A stretch of DNA of 63,371 nucleotides, filler included, from Ministeria vibrans ATCC 50519 (lineage: Eukaryota; Protista; Filasterea), in NCBI GenBank assembly GCA_943704425.1. It is 4 parts of 4 records of this genome, joined end to end, with 100 filler letters (N's around TTAATTAATTAA, not from the genome) between each part and the next. Parts side by side here need not be neighbours in the genome. Positions count along the whole stretch, not along the records: positions 26,888 to 54,517 come from CALSCP010001367.1; positions 54,618 to 61,364 come from CALSCP010001425.1; 2 more parts are not named here. One strand, 5' to 3'. The position numbers were made by a program, and so were the translations under genes. Position 1 is the stretch's first letter, and every line of letters starts with the position of its first letter. A model generated the notes under the pieces. It worked only from the letters and a program-made list of their open reading frames with translations, made no database searches and was not told where the DNA came from. Shown in pieces: positions 46,169-61,464 of this stretch.

Positions 46169-47108
46169 GGCCACCTGCTCGGTTTGGGGGACGTTGTTGT
46201 TGTGAGGATGGAGAGCGGAGGCACCCGTCAAGCTGCTGCTGCCCACGTGCACTACGACAGCAGAAAATAAAATATTTTATTATTATAAGAGAGAATGATA
46301 AGAGTCCGATAAAAGTCCGATAAGAGGAGATAAGAGTGAAGAAAAGAAGAAGAAAATATTATTGAGAGGACAAGGGAAAACACCCTCAGTTAGTTGGAGA
46401 GCAGAAGAAGGCTATGCAACGATGCTTCTCCGACCGAGATAGCGCCCTCTTGCTTGGGTTAGTGGGTTGGTTGGTGTTTCCAGAAGAAATAAAAGAAAAA
46501 GACATAGAAACTCTCAACTTCCTCTCAACTTATATAACGCACGATCGCCACTGCTGCGCCGCCAGACAGCGTCAACCGCAAGGCATGAACCATTCAAGAC
46601 AGTGGAGGTTGTGAGAGATGGTGAATAGGGGCGCAATTGAAAGAGATTACAGCAAAGCAAAAGAAATTATGATTAGACCTAATATAAACGAGAACGCCTC
46701 TCACACGAAGCGGAGGGCCTCTGCCATCACGCACTCTTCACCAGCAGACACAAAATGCTTATGTCTACTTATATGTACTAATGAAACGCCCGATCGGCGG
46801 ATTTTTGAGGAGTTTCTGAGAAATCTCAGAGCGACTTGCGACATTTTTTTTTTTTTTTTTTTTGACTTTTTTAGACATTAAAAATGTGTTACTGTTTGGG
46901 CTCGGGAACATCTGGCCGACGATAGATTAGAGAACACTTGTCTAGTATGAGTACTGAGTGGAACTGTCAACTATCAAGTCAGAAAGAGTCAAATTAAGTG
47001 AAGAAAAGAAGTTTCTGAAGTTGGAAAAATCTGACAAACTCAAGACAATAATTGATTGTTAAATAGTTCTCTTCGTTCGGGAATTATTCGGAAGGTGGGG
47101 TGTACAAA

Positions 47109-49151
47109 TTATTCATCTTCTGGGTGCACATTGGTGATGCTCGATGTCGACGAGTTGCGGTGTTGGGCGGCGGCAACGACACGGAAGGGAATGGAGAGTT
47201 CACCGGCGGCGGTGGAGAAACGGCGAATGGGACGGGGGGCCACTTTGTGCGGTGAGGGTTGTGCGAGAGGCGGAAGGAGAGTTGTGGAGGAGGCGTTTGA
47301 CGTGATTGATGCGGCGGATCCACGGCGTTTGCCTGAGACGATGTCTGCGACTGTGGGCATTGTGTCGACGTACGTCGAGTCGTCTTGGCTGTTGTCGTTG
47401 TCATTGTCGTTGTCGTTGTTGTCGGTGGTGCTGTCGTGGTCTTGTACATCGGTGGCGGGTGCGGGCGAGGTGACAGGCTGTGCAGGAGGATTCGGACGCA
47501 TGCTGAGCCAGCGAGCACGGTTTGCGTTTAGCTGGTCTAGGCACTGCTGCGTTTTGGGAAGTAGTTGCGCGAGAGTGGTGTATACTGGTGTGAGAATAAA
47601 GTCACAAAAGTTGATGCTCAGCGAGATTTGGTCGCCCGTCAGTCGGTCCATGTTGGGCGAGATTGGCAGTCCAAGAGCGCGTTCGCGATCACCCTGTGCA
47701 TAGAACTCTTCAAGAACCATGTCGGACCAGCGCTTGCAGACATCCCAGCGCTTCCAGGCGTTGCTGATGTCGGCGCAGTGCACAAGGACATTGCCGAGGA
47801 GCAGGCGTGCGTCGGCGCTCGCCCACACGCCCGCCACGGCATTATCTGCGCGACGTTGTTCGACGAGTGTGTCGAACGAGGACACTAAGGCAAAGTGCTG
47901 CGCCATGGTGGTCGCAAGAATGTTCTGGATCAGCTGACTGCGCACGCGCCGACGAGTCTCGTCCGTGTCGAGGCCCGCGAGAATCTCATGTTGCTTAAGC
48001 AGTGTGAGTGCCACCGAGCAGCTGTGGCTCTCGAGCACCGAGTCGTTGTGGTAGATCATGCCAACGTCGCTCGTAGCCGCCAGCTGGAAGCTGTTGCTGG
48101 TGCCCGGATGGTCGAGGTCGTGACAGAGTGCCGCCAGAAGCAGCGTCACTTGTTCGAGGCGCGTTAGGTGTTGACCCGCCTCGCATTGCATCAGAAACAA
48201 ACCGACGGTCTGTACAACTACGTAATTTAAGTAGAGCAAAAAGCGTATTAAAGGCACAATAATATAAATAATAATATATAATAGGAATGATAGTAATAAT
48301 AATATATAATAGGAATGATAGTAATAATAATAGTAAGTATAATAACAATAAGAATGATAATAATAATAGTAATAAGAAAGTATATTACCGTCACAAGCAT
48401 GCCGAAAATTGTGGTATGGATTATCGGAATGGTACAGTAGGCGACAGCTGCCCACGAAATCAAGTAATCGGTCGTAGGATAGAGAGAGGATGTTGAGGGC
48501 GTCAAAGCGGAGGAGCATCTGGATGGGCACGGCGGAAAGTTGAGCATCGGAAAGGGAGAAAATGTTGAAGGTGAAGGTGTCAAGACCCTCAAGTGAGTGG
48601 TTTGGAATAAAGTCCGATCGTGGCTGCAAGCGTCGCGTGGCAGAGGCAAGGCAAGGTAGTGGCGGTGATTGACGATGTTGTGGCGGTGGCTGCACCTGCA
48701 GATGTCGAATGTAGGAGAGAGGTGCGACGGCAGAGTGACCGAGAAGGCGCTGTCGCTCAGTGGCTGGAATGCGCGACTGCGACCGCGATTGTGCCGGCAT
48801 TGAGTGTGACCCAGTGACCGGACGGCCCTGTAGTGCGTCATGGCTGCGCGCTGTTGTCGCCCTGGCCGCCGAGCGAGGTGTATCTTCCCGATTCAGCGAA
48901 GAAAAAAAAGTTCCGCGTGACGGATTGGCCGATTTGGCGCTCAGAGGTCTTCTTGGAGGCCATGCATTGGTGTAGGGCAGGGGAACGGAGAGAGGCACGA
49001 GCTGACTAGTGCTCAGGGGCAAGGGTATTCGCTTGCTGCCATCAGCAGTGGTCGTCAATGGCAACGCACGTCGATCGCCCGCAGCAAATTCAGTTGGCTC
49101 GAAGCGGTATCCGAATCGTGGACGGGGGTGTTTCGCAGAGGAGGACGTCAT
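47109..49151 (-). CDS. Class I 3',5'-cyclic nucleotide phosphodiesterase (one 171-bp intron, 48218-48388)
   Basis: NPYHNFRHACDV, LAALCHDLDHPGTSN, SVLESH, ILATTMAQH, VHCADISN, EEFYAQGDRERALGLPISP. Confidence 0.93.
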   Translation of the reverse strand: MTSSSAKHPRPRFGYRFEPTEFAAGDRRALPLTTTADGSKRIPLPLSTSQLVPLSVPLPYTNAWPPRRPLSAKSANPSRGTFFSSLNREDTPRSAARATTARSHDALQGRPVTGSHSMPAQSRSQSRIPATERQRLLGHSAVAPLSYIRHLQVQPPPQHRQSPPLPCLASATRRLQPRSDFIPNHSLEGLDTFTFNIFSLSDAQLSAVPIQMLLRFDALNILSLSYDRLLDFVGSCRLLYHSDNPYHNFRHACDGNILSYYYYYYHSYCYYTYYYYYYHSYYILLLLSFLLYIIIYIIVPLIRFLLYLNYVVVQTVGLFLMQCEAGQHLTRLEQVTLLLAALCHDLDHPGTSNSFQLAATSDVGMIYHNDSVLESHSCSVALTLLKQHEILAGLDTDETRRRVRSQLIQNILATTMAQHFALVSSFDTLVEQRRADNAVAGVWASADARLLLGNVLVHCADISNAWKRWDVCKRWSDMVLEEFYAQGDRERALGLPISPNMDRLTGDQISLSINFCDFILTPVYTTLAQLLPKTQQCLDQLNANRARWLSMRPNPPAQPVTSPAPATDVQDHDSTTDNNDNDNDNDNSQDDSTYVDTMPTVADIVSGKRRGSAASITSNASSTTLLPPLAQPSPHKVAPRPIRRFSTAAGELSIPFRVVAAAQHRNSSTSSITNVHPEDE

Positions 49152-49349
49152 CACAAAGTGAAGAGCAACAATTAAAATGAATATTGAATCATATTAACAT
49201 GGATAAAATAATCATTTTGGTTCATTTCGACCCCTCTCCTCAGTCGGGTGACTCAGTTCTGAGTCCAGTCCCCTGAATCTATTGAGACTATTCCTTGAAC
49301 CTTATGCTAGCGTAGTTGCTACTTGTCTTCAACAACAATGACATTTATC

Positions 49350-49876
49350 TTATTTGTTGAGGCATTGCTCAAGACCCTCCATGGCGGCACGCCCTAGCGC
49401 ATTGAGCTGGCCGCCCAGAAAGGCAATAAAGGGCCTGCGCCACCCTTTGAGGCGCATTTCCGCCTCGTACGTGACGACACATCCGTTTGTTCCGTCCTCC
49501 TCCACCACAATCGTGTCCGTCGTGGTGATCACATCGCTGTCACCAAACAGCACCACTCGCCCCTTCTGTTTGTCCAACTCTTTAATCGTGAATCTGGGCA
49601 AGTATTCGGATGGAGAGTCAAATATGCGATATGCGATCGGATCGTACGCGGTTTTTTTGCTTACACAAATGGAATCTCGTCCCCTTGCGACAAGCAGAGC
49701 ACGTCAAAGGCAGTGCCCACACCAACATCGCCGCCTGTACCAATGCGCTGGGCGCTCTTGACGCCTGGGTCCCAAGAAGCGACGTTTTCAAAGTTGGCGA
49801 GAAATTGGAGGACGGACGCCTGACTCCCCTGAACTCGCGCAACGTCGCGAACGACTCCCATTCTGACCATCGGCAT
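49350..49876 (-). CDS. SRPBCC/polyketide cyclase-like (START/Bet v1 fold) protein, 2 exons
   Basis: FLANFENVASWDPGVKSA..GVGTAFDV..|FTIKEL..TTTDTIVVE..VVTYEAEMRLKG..LGRAAMEGLEQCL; a GT-AG intron (~49595-49664) restores the frame. Confidence 0.72.
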
Positions 49877-50354
49877 GGTGTTAAAATCAATGTATGGGGT
49901 GAATGAGTCGCAAAAAAAAAGTGTGTAGATGAATGAATGAGTTTGCGGTTGGAATGAACCGAATCGCCGATGACAATCGCAATTACTTCCGTCGGCGATT
50001 TTCCCCTTTTTTTCTGACGTAGGTGTGCCGTCAGAAGTCTCTTGACTAGTTCGCTACGATGTGTCGATGTCGAACAGTACGAAGTTGCTCTCCGAGACAT
50101 CCTTGGGGCTGATCATCATCAGTATTACACTCTCGAGCGATTAATCACTCATTAACCCTTTGCGAATTGCAACCAGTTTTCTTTTCGTCGAGGATTTTTG
50201 CCGCCAATAGCTCTCACCTCTTCGACAGTTCGACTTGGCTCAATGCTCTTCTGTGGTGAATCGTGATGATGCCCTCTATTTTGCTGTGCTTGTGCGNNNN
50301 TACTTATTCGGACAGTCATTTCACACACAATTTTTTTACATTCAACTAACAAAT

Positions 50355-52263
50355 ATGCAGCCCGCACCCTTCCGGGCGGGTTCTGCGCCTCCACAGAGGC
50401 GTTCTGTGCCAAGGTAGAGTGATTTCATTTCATTCTACTGTCTCTCACCGTCATTTCAGTCCACAACTCTTTGACAACACAGCAACTGGCCGAATACTGC
50501 TGGACCAACAACGTGAGCTCCACGTTCGCCGAATTCGCGTATGGGGTTTACCCAGAAAAAGATCATTAATTTTCAAAAAAAGAGTATCTTTTCAAAAACT
50601 GTGTTTGTCTTGTAGGACGCCAAACCAGCAACAGACACGTCTGCGCCAAAGAGCATGCTGTTGTTTGTAAAGAACCGTCCTGCGCCAACGTCGACTCAAT
50701 CAATTCGACCGCTGACGGTTCGGCCAACGCGAGCTCAGTTGCTACGCGACTCAACGGTCGCCAAGCAACGCTCAGCGTCGCGTCCTTCGTCGAGCGCGTC
50801 GACTTCGCTGCCTCATGCCCAAGCTAAAACATCGACTCTGCTGCTACAACGAACCAGTGTGGGCAACATGTGGCACGGTCGCAGCACTTCCAAGCCGAGG
50901 GTGCCTCGTTCGACGTGTCCTCCTCGACAGCCGCCGTGGGACGACACACCACCTCCCAGAGACCTTTTCGAAGGTGTTCCTCCGTCGCCCGCCGCGCTCG
51001 TGTCATCATTGACGTGTTCGACGTCCCGACTTGGAACGCAGCGTCGACTCGAGCAGCGTGCTTTTGCTGCATCTCTTTCTCAGGCGCGCGGTCGCTCCCC
51101 CGTCACTTCCGCACGCCCTCTTCCTTCATCTGGGACTGCTCACAATCGACGGTCCTCACCTGGGGTGGATATAGAACGAGTGCGCATAGCGCTGGCTGAC
51201 AGCTCCATTGACAGGCTAGACAGCGTCGACGACGACGACGAGAGTGACACCCTTAGCGAAACGAATGTTGTGTATCGCCCTCGCGACGACTTGGAGGAGA
51301 CACAGGAGAAGGAGCAAATGACGGAGGCTTTGCGGAGGGCACTGATCATAAGTCCCAGCATCACAGAAACCTCACCGCACTCGACAGAACAGGCGCTTGC
51401 CGATGCGTACCATGACGCACAGGACGACTCTCTTCACGACGCACTATTCGGTGGTCCTGCGCAGAGCAGTGGTGCCATTGGTACAAGCGATGAGGGACGA
51501 GCAAGTGTGTATGAAGACACATACTTTGAAGAGGAAGCTGTTGCTACCGTGGACCACGATGATGCTGATGCTGTTGCAGAAGCGGAGTATGATTTGTTTG
51601 TCGCTGAAGCAGTGCGGAGTGTGCGAGAGAGTGGGCTGATGCGCGAGGGTGGCAACGGTCTGGCGCGATTGTTTCGGCGTCATGGAGCAGTGGAAAGGGC
51701 GCTTGGATGAAGGGGAGATGTGGCGGCGACTGGAAAGAGTGCAGGAGGAGCTGGAAGGGACTAGTGGGCTGGATGGATCGTACTATCCAGTGAATGTGGC
51801 GAGGGCGGAAGAACAAGAGGAAGAAGTGGAAGAAAGGGAGACGTACCGTGACCGTAGCATGAGTGGTGATGATGATCTGAGTGTGCTGGATGAGGAGGAG
51901 GAGAAGGACGAAGATGGACGCGTAAGGGAAGAAGAGAGCACGAGTGAGGGAAAGGAACCGAGTGAATTGGGTGAGAGAAGTGTACTAGTGAGGGAGGAGG
52001 GGAAGGAAGAGGATGGAGGGGTGAGAGAAGAAGAGAAGGAGGACAAGGATGGAGGAGAGAGAGAGGAAGAGAGCACGAGTGATCATGAGGGAAAGGGGGC
52101 GAGTGAATCGGGTGAGAGCAGTGTACTAGTGAGAGAGGAGGAGGAAGAGTCCAGTGCGGGTGAACTGACGTTGAGTGATGACGAGGAGTATGAAGCTCTG
52201 TCTGGGACTGTGTCTCCCGTGAGCTCTACAGGTCCTTTTGATGAAGATGGTGATCACTTCTGA
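50355..52263 (+). CDS. Hypothetical low-complexity protein with a SPATA7/CFAP97D-like N-terminal motif and acidic tail; apparent 1-bp frameshift near 51645-51650
   Basis: Spliced N-terminus ..LLDQQRELHVRRIRDAKPATDTSAPKSM..; two overlapping ORFs (50655-51710, 51649-52263). Confidence 0.5.
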
Positions 52264-52356
52264 GCACATACATACAATGTAATAATACGTCTTAAAAAGT
52301 CTCAACGCACAAAGTTTACTCGTTCACTCTTCGCTTTTTGTCACTCACTCTTGAAC

Positions 52357-53935
52357 TCAATCAGACCACTCGTCCTCGTCGACTCCATCAAAGGTGTCTT
52401 GCTCAAGAGGCTCGTCCTCGCGTCCACCCATTTTCTTCGCCATTGCCTCCACCAGCTCTGCCTTCTTTTGCTCGTCCGACTTGTACTCTTCAATCTTGAC
52501 GTGCGCATACTTGCTCTCCTTGACGGCCACTTGGGGCGCCTCCGACAGCCGCATCATGCCGTCCGGGCACATGTCCACCCACTCAAGCGGCTGCAACTCG
52601 CCAGCCAGAAAGTCGTCTGCCTGCATCGACGGGTCCCAGCGACACCGCGTTGGTGGCAGCACGTCGTCCTGGAACACTTCCTTGCGTGTGCGCGGCACAA
52701 AGAACTGCACCTTGACCACGGATGTCTTGCACAGCTGCACCATCCGCAACAATTCCACCTCACGCACATCACACACACTCTTGGGCAGTGGCGCCAGTCC
52801 AATCACCGAGTTGGCAAGCTTGCACTGCGTCAGCGAGTGCAGATAGGGCGCCTCATCATCCACTTCAAACAGCGCGACGGACCCTCCGCCCCGACTAAAT
52901 GCAAACACCACCGAGGTGTCCTCGTCAAAGTGCGGAATCAACACAGCAGGCGCCACGTCAAGCGTCGCCTCGCCCAGCACCGTTCCACTGGTTGCATCAA
53001 TCAGCTAAAATACAGAACGACAGAAAGAAAGAAAGAAAGAGAGAGAGAAAGAGAGAAAGGAGGGAGAAACCGAGTGATAGAGAGAGAGAGAAAGGAGGGA
53101 GAAAGAAACAAAGTGATAGAGAGAGAGAGAAGCAACGTGATAGAGAGAGAGAGAGAAGCAAAGCGACGCAGAAAAAAAAGAAAAGAAAAAAAGAGAGTGA
53201 GTAAGAAGTGCGTCGTCACTTTGACGTGTGTCTGTGTGTGTTGTACCTTGAGCTGACGCGCCGAGCTTCTGTCAAAGCAACTGATAATGACACGCGATGA
53301 GTTACCAGCCCATGTTACTCGAGCACCGCGTTTGCCCTCAAACACAACGCTCTCCTGAAAACGATAAAAAACAGAGAGAGAGCAAGGTTACAGACACTAC
53401 ACTCTCCTTTTGTGCTTATCGTACGGTGAGAAGAGACCCGTCAAGTGCATCAAACACGCGCAGTGAGCGATCCTTGCACACTGTCGCAAGCATCGATCCG
53501 TCGTAGTTGAAACACATTCCCAAAACTTGATCCTATCCATTAAAGCATAATAACATTACTCTGGTGTGCGGACTGAGGACGGAACGTTTGTGTTGTTACG
53601 TTGTGACCAAAAAACTCGCGAACAGGCTGGTCAGGATTGAGCAGGTTCCACATGCGGACGGTATGGTCACTGGCGGACGAGACGAGAATGTCCTTTGCAA
53701 GGGGATGGAAAAGCAAAAGGTTCACACGGCCGTCGTGTGCATTAAAGTCCACGTAACACTGCTCGAGCGGGTCGGTGTCGTCAAGGCCGTCGCCGGGAAT
53801 CTGGAAAATGCGCACGACGCCGTCTTCGCAGGCACATGCAAGTATGCCGTTGTCAAAGGGGTCCCATTTGATGTCCAGCACAGGCACTCCTGCGATACAA
53901 AAAGAAGAAAATTTGTGCGTCTTAGCTCAGACCAT

Positions 53936-54025
<90 letters not shown>

Positions 54026-54375
54026 AGGGGAAAAGAAGCAGAGTGATAGAGAACAAAAAAGGAGTGATAGAGAGAGAAAGGGAGGAGGAAAAAATCAACA
54101 ACATATAGAGAGATGTGACATACCACATTGGACACACGGCAGATTTCCAACGTCGAGACGACGAGGCGCACCAGTCTCAAGGACGCAAACGAGACCACCG
54201 GGTCCCTGTGCGCCAAACGCAAGGAAGTGCGGATTGGCCTCAATGGCATTGGTCTCGCCCGAGAGTGCCTGAGACACGCGTGACAGTGACTCGTATGACT
54301 GAGAGCGGTGCATTTCCTTGGCAAACACATGACGGAAGAAACTCGCACGCACTACACTCGCATTGGGTTTGGGAC
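52357..54375 (-). CDS. CORO7: Coronin-7 (tandem coronin), C-terminal half; 5'-truncated at the contig end
   Basis: VVRASFFRHVF, VLDIKWDPFD, LLFHPLAKDILVSSASD, CKDRSLRVFD, LDVAPAVLIPHFDED, FFVPRTRKEVFQDD; ends in the acidic-Trp tail EQDTFDGVDEDEWSD typical of CORO7. Confidence 0.88.
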
Positions 54376-54407
54376 TATAAAAAAAGAGAAAAAAAACACA
54401 CACATAC

Positions 54408-54517
<110 letters not shown>

Positions 54518-54617
54518 NNNNNNNNNNNNNNNNNNNNNNNNNNNNNNNNNNNNNNNNNNNNTTAATTAATTAANNNNNNNNNNNNNNNNNNNNNNNNNNN
54601 NNNNNNNNNNNNNNNNN
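54518..54617. other. Artificial contig-joining spacer
   Basis: N-TTAATTAATTAA-N, 100 bp. Confidence 0.95.
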
Positions 54618-58411
<3,794 letters not shown>

Positions 58412-58669
58412 GCGTACAATGAGAATAAAATTCATCATAATTTATATGTTACCCGTATGTTCACCGTCCTTTTCACCAACTTTGTCGCCGCCGCCGTCAC
58501 CCAACCGACTCTGTCTGTTTGTTTCCCGGCGTTTCGGGTTTGATGTCACTGAGGGGGATGTCTATTGTGAATCAAAAAGTTGTCTATACGGTTCGTTATT
58601 GATGATCAATGTCATTGTATACAATATTCACAAAAAAGGGGAAACGAGTTCGAAATATAAAGTAGGCTA

Positions 58670-59548
58670 TTAGCAGTGGCAGTCGTCTAGCGCAGACCAT
58701 AGATTTGTTTTGATCCATTGCGTGAGAGACATAGTAAGGTTGAGGACAAGCGAAGCGGCGACAGGCAAGGACAACGTCACGCTCTGTTGGTCCAGGCAAA
58801 TGCGTGCACTTCTACCGGCGGGTGTTGTGGTGCAAAAGTCAAGGATGCCGTCGTGAAAGGAGGCAGAGAAGCAAACGACGCCAGTGGAGGAAAGTGCTTC
58901 AGAGAAGGAATGTTGTGCGCGGTGCGACTCTTGGCTCAAGTGGATCGCTTCCAGATACCACTCCCGGAGTAAGGATGGTACATCCACTTGGAGAGCTCGA
59001 AGAACGGCGTTGGATTCGTTCACGGCGTGCTCATGGACTTCCTACCGACACTGATGAGTCAAGCAGCGCCATCACACGAAGAAGCAAGCCAGCAAGGGAT
59101 AACTGAGTACCTCACGTTCTGCAGCCCACACGCGCTTTTGCTTGCGAGCAACCTCGTCAAGAAGGCCGAGAAGCGTACGGAACCTCACGTCGCTGTCGCT
59201 GTCGTCGCTGTCGTCGTGGCCAGTGGCTCTATGTGCAAGAAGGTCAAGCGTGAAGACAGTCCCAACTGGCGTACGCCAATTCCCCAAATTCCCGAATCAC
59301 TTGCGCTCGCTGGTGGGCTCGCTCAAGAGCAGTCATAGTTTCAGCCAATCGTTCCTTCTCCTACAGACACTTAGGCGCGCAAGAGAGCTGCGGCGTGTAC
59401 ATACAAACCTTTTGGAGTTGCACGACCAACTCATCCTACACACAGAGAATACAGACGTTGAGAGGCAGCGGGCGGGTGGAGCACTGGCATTGTGCAATAC
59501 TCGTACAATAGAAGCACTTTCCAAGCCAGATGGCAGGCTGTTCAACAT
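58670..59548 (-). CDS. Coiled-coil + small globular C-terminus protein (~215 aa, 5 exons), possibly Spc24-like
   Basis: Four GT-AG introns splice to an open frame MLNSLPSG..DELVVQLQKEKERLAE..; ends TQWIKTNLWSALDDCHC. Confidence 0.5.
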
Positions 59549-59628
59549 GATTGGAATGATCAATGAAAATTTCAAATCCAAATCGAAATTGATTAAACTT
59601 TTTGACCTTTCTCACCTTCGTTCATTCC

Positions 59629-60783
59629 ATGGCGGACGCTCTCACGAGCGCCGGTGGGCGATTGGTTGTTCGCGCACTAACACCCAGCACACCAGAGACT
59701 ATAGACTTTGGGACGGATCTCGTGCACCTGTCGCACAACATGACGGCGGCGCTTCTGCTGGCGCTGGCGACGCTCCTCCTGCTTGCCGGCTTCCGCGCCA
59801 TCAAGCCCATCGTGACGCTCTGCGGCGCCTTCATCGGCACGACCCTGGCTCGCGCGCTCTTTCGATCCCTCGCCAGCGTGTCGATCGAGAGCGATGCCGC
59901 TGGAGGGGCTTCGTCCCACGACTTGCTGTACGTCGCCGGATTCGTCGGGGCTGTCGTCGGCGCCCTTCTTACGTACTACCTCTTCCATGTGGGCCTGTTT
60001 CTCGTCGGTGCTGGCGCAGGCCTGCTCTTTGGTAGTCTTCTTGTACAGTATGCGGCGGCCTTTGTGGTCACCCTGAGCGCACACGAGCTTATTCGATACG
60101 TGATCATTGTGGGCACTGCTCTGCTGATGGGCACCCTGGCACTCATGTTCAACAAACTTTTTCTCGTACCTTCCACCGCCTTCCTTGGCTCCTTCCTGGC
60201 CGTCAGTAGCCTTGATCATTTTCGAGGAGGGCCTCTTGCCTTTGAGCACTTTGGCTGGTCGGTACGAGCGCCCGGAGTGTCGAATGTAACACTGTCGAGT
60301 GACACTCTGCTGAGCGCATCGTCGTCCCTGAACCAAGTGTCGCATGTGATTGCCGACTTTCGATGTCGCGACGATCTTGTCTGTTTTGCCATGCTACTTC
60401 TCTGGTGTGTGCTCTTTGCCGTCGGGGTTCTTTTTCAATTTGCCGCCGACCGAATGATTTGTTGCTGCCGACGCGGAGGCGCAGCGGCTGTCGTCTCGCG
60501 CACACGAACACCCTTCAAACGGCGTCTGTCCGACGAAGAATCTGCGTCACAACCCAGTGCAGCTCGACGAGCGGCAGCGCTGGAAGGAGCGCACCATCGG
60601 AGCGGCACCGCATTTAGCGGGGAGGTGAAGGCAACCACAGCAAGCGTCGAATCGGAGACGGCATCCACAGATCCGACACGCATGGATTTAATGTTGAGAA
60701 GGAAGAAGGCTGAGTTGGCTCTTCTCGAAGCACAAGTTGTCTACGCTGAGACTCTTGCAGCGACTGCGGGGAAGAATGATTGA
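59629..60783 (+). CDS. TMEM198/TM7S3 (DUF4203)-like multi-pass membrane protein
   Basis: LLLAGFRAIKPIVTLCGAFIG, Gly-rich TMs (GLFLVGAGAGLLFG), STAFLGSFLAVSSLDHF, LFAVGVLFQF. Confidence 0.78.
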   Translation: MADALTSAGGRLVVRALTPSTPETIDFGTDLVHLSHNMTAALLLALATLLLLAGFRAIKPIVTLCGAFIGTTLARALFRSLASVSIESDAAGGASSHDLLYVAGFVGAVVGALLTYYLFHVGLFLVGAGAGLLFGSLLVQYAAAFVVTLSAHELIRYVIIVGTALLMGTLALMFNKLFLVPSTAFLGSFLAVSSLDHFRGGPLAFEHFGWSVRAPGVSNVTLSSDTLLSASSSLNQVSHVIADFRCRDDLVCFAMLLLWCVLFAVGVLFQFAADRMICCCRRGGAAAVVSRTRTPFKRRLSDEESASQPSAARRAAALEGAHHRSGTAFSGEVKATTASVESETASTDPTRMDLMLRRKKAELALLEAQVVYAETLAATAGKND

Positions 60784-61148
60784 ATTCTGTGTATTAAGAA
60801 AATAATTAATGAGGAATCTGAGCTGTGTATGAAAAAGTAATCTAATAAAATTAATTAAAAATAATAATAATAATACATTAATCGTATGAAGGACGGTTGA
60901 ACAACTTTTATTTATTTATTACTATTCTTCCGATTGTTGTACTCTTTCTTTCCGTTGAGTAAACAAACTTTAGCTCACTTCATTTAAAAGTAATCTACCA
61001 ACAAATTCTGGTATTAAACCAAATTTAATTTGATCTTCTTAACTCAACTTTATTCTCTCTCTCTCCCTTGAGTCAACCTTTAGTTCACTTCATTTATTCT
61101 TTCCCTCTCTCATTACTTTGTTCCTTTCTCCCTCCTTTCTCTCTCTGC

Positions 61149-61364
61149 TCAGACAATGCTCTCAATGACGCTCTTGCAAATGTCCGTCAGCGATAGGCCG
61201 TCGCAAATGAACAGTCCTAGTTTGAGCAGGAGGTTCGCAATGGTCTGCAAAATGTTGCTCAGGTCGACGCTTAGATCAAACTTGACTGCGTTGCCAAAGA
61301 TAACGGCGTCCATCTTGACACCAATGGTGCCGCGCAACTGGCCGGGGTACAGCTCAAAGTTGAC
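61149..61364 (-). CDS. 3' end of an unidentified protein, truncated by the contig break
   Basis: GC-rich open frame ..GTIGVKMDAVIFGNAVKFDLSVDLSNILQTIA..SIV-stop, followed by AT-rich UTR-like DNA. Confidence 0.5.
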   Translation of the reverse strand, partial: VNFELYPGQLRGTIGVKMDAVIFGNAVKFDLSVDLSNILQTIANLLLKLGLFICDGLSLTDICKSVIESIV

Positions 61365-61464
61365 NNNNNNNNNNNNNNNNNNNNNNNNNNNNNNNNNNNN
61401 NNNNNNNNTTAATTAATTAANNNNNNNNNNNNNNNNNNNNNNNNNNNNNNNNNNNNNNNNNNNN
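61365..61464. other. Artificial contig-joining spacer
   Basis: N-TTAATTAATTAA-N, 100 bp. Confidence 0.95.
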
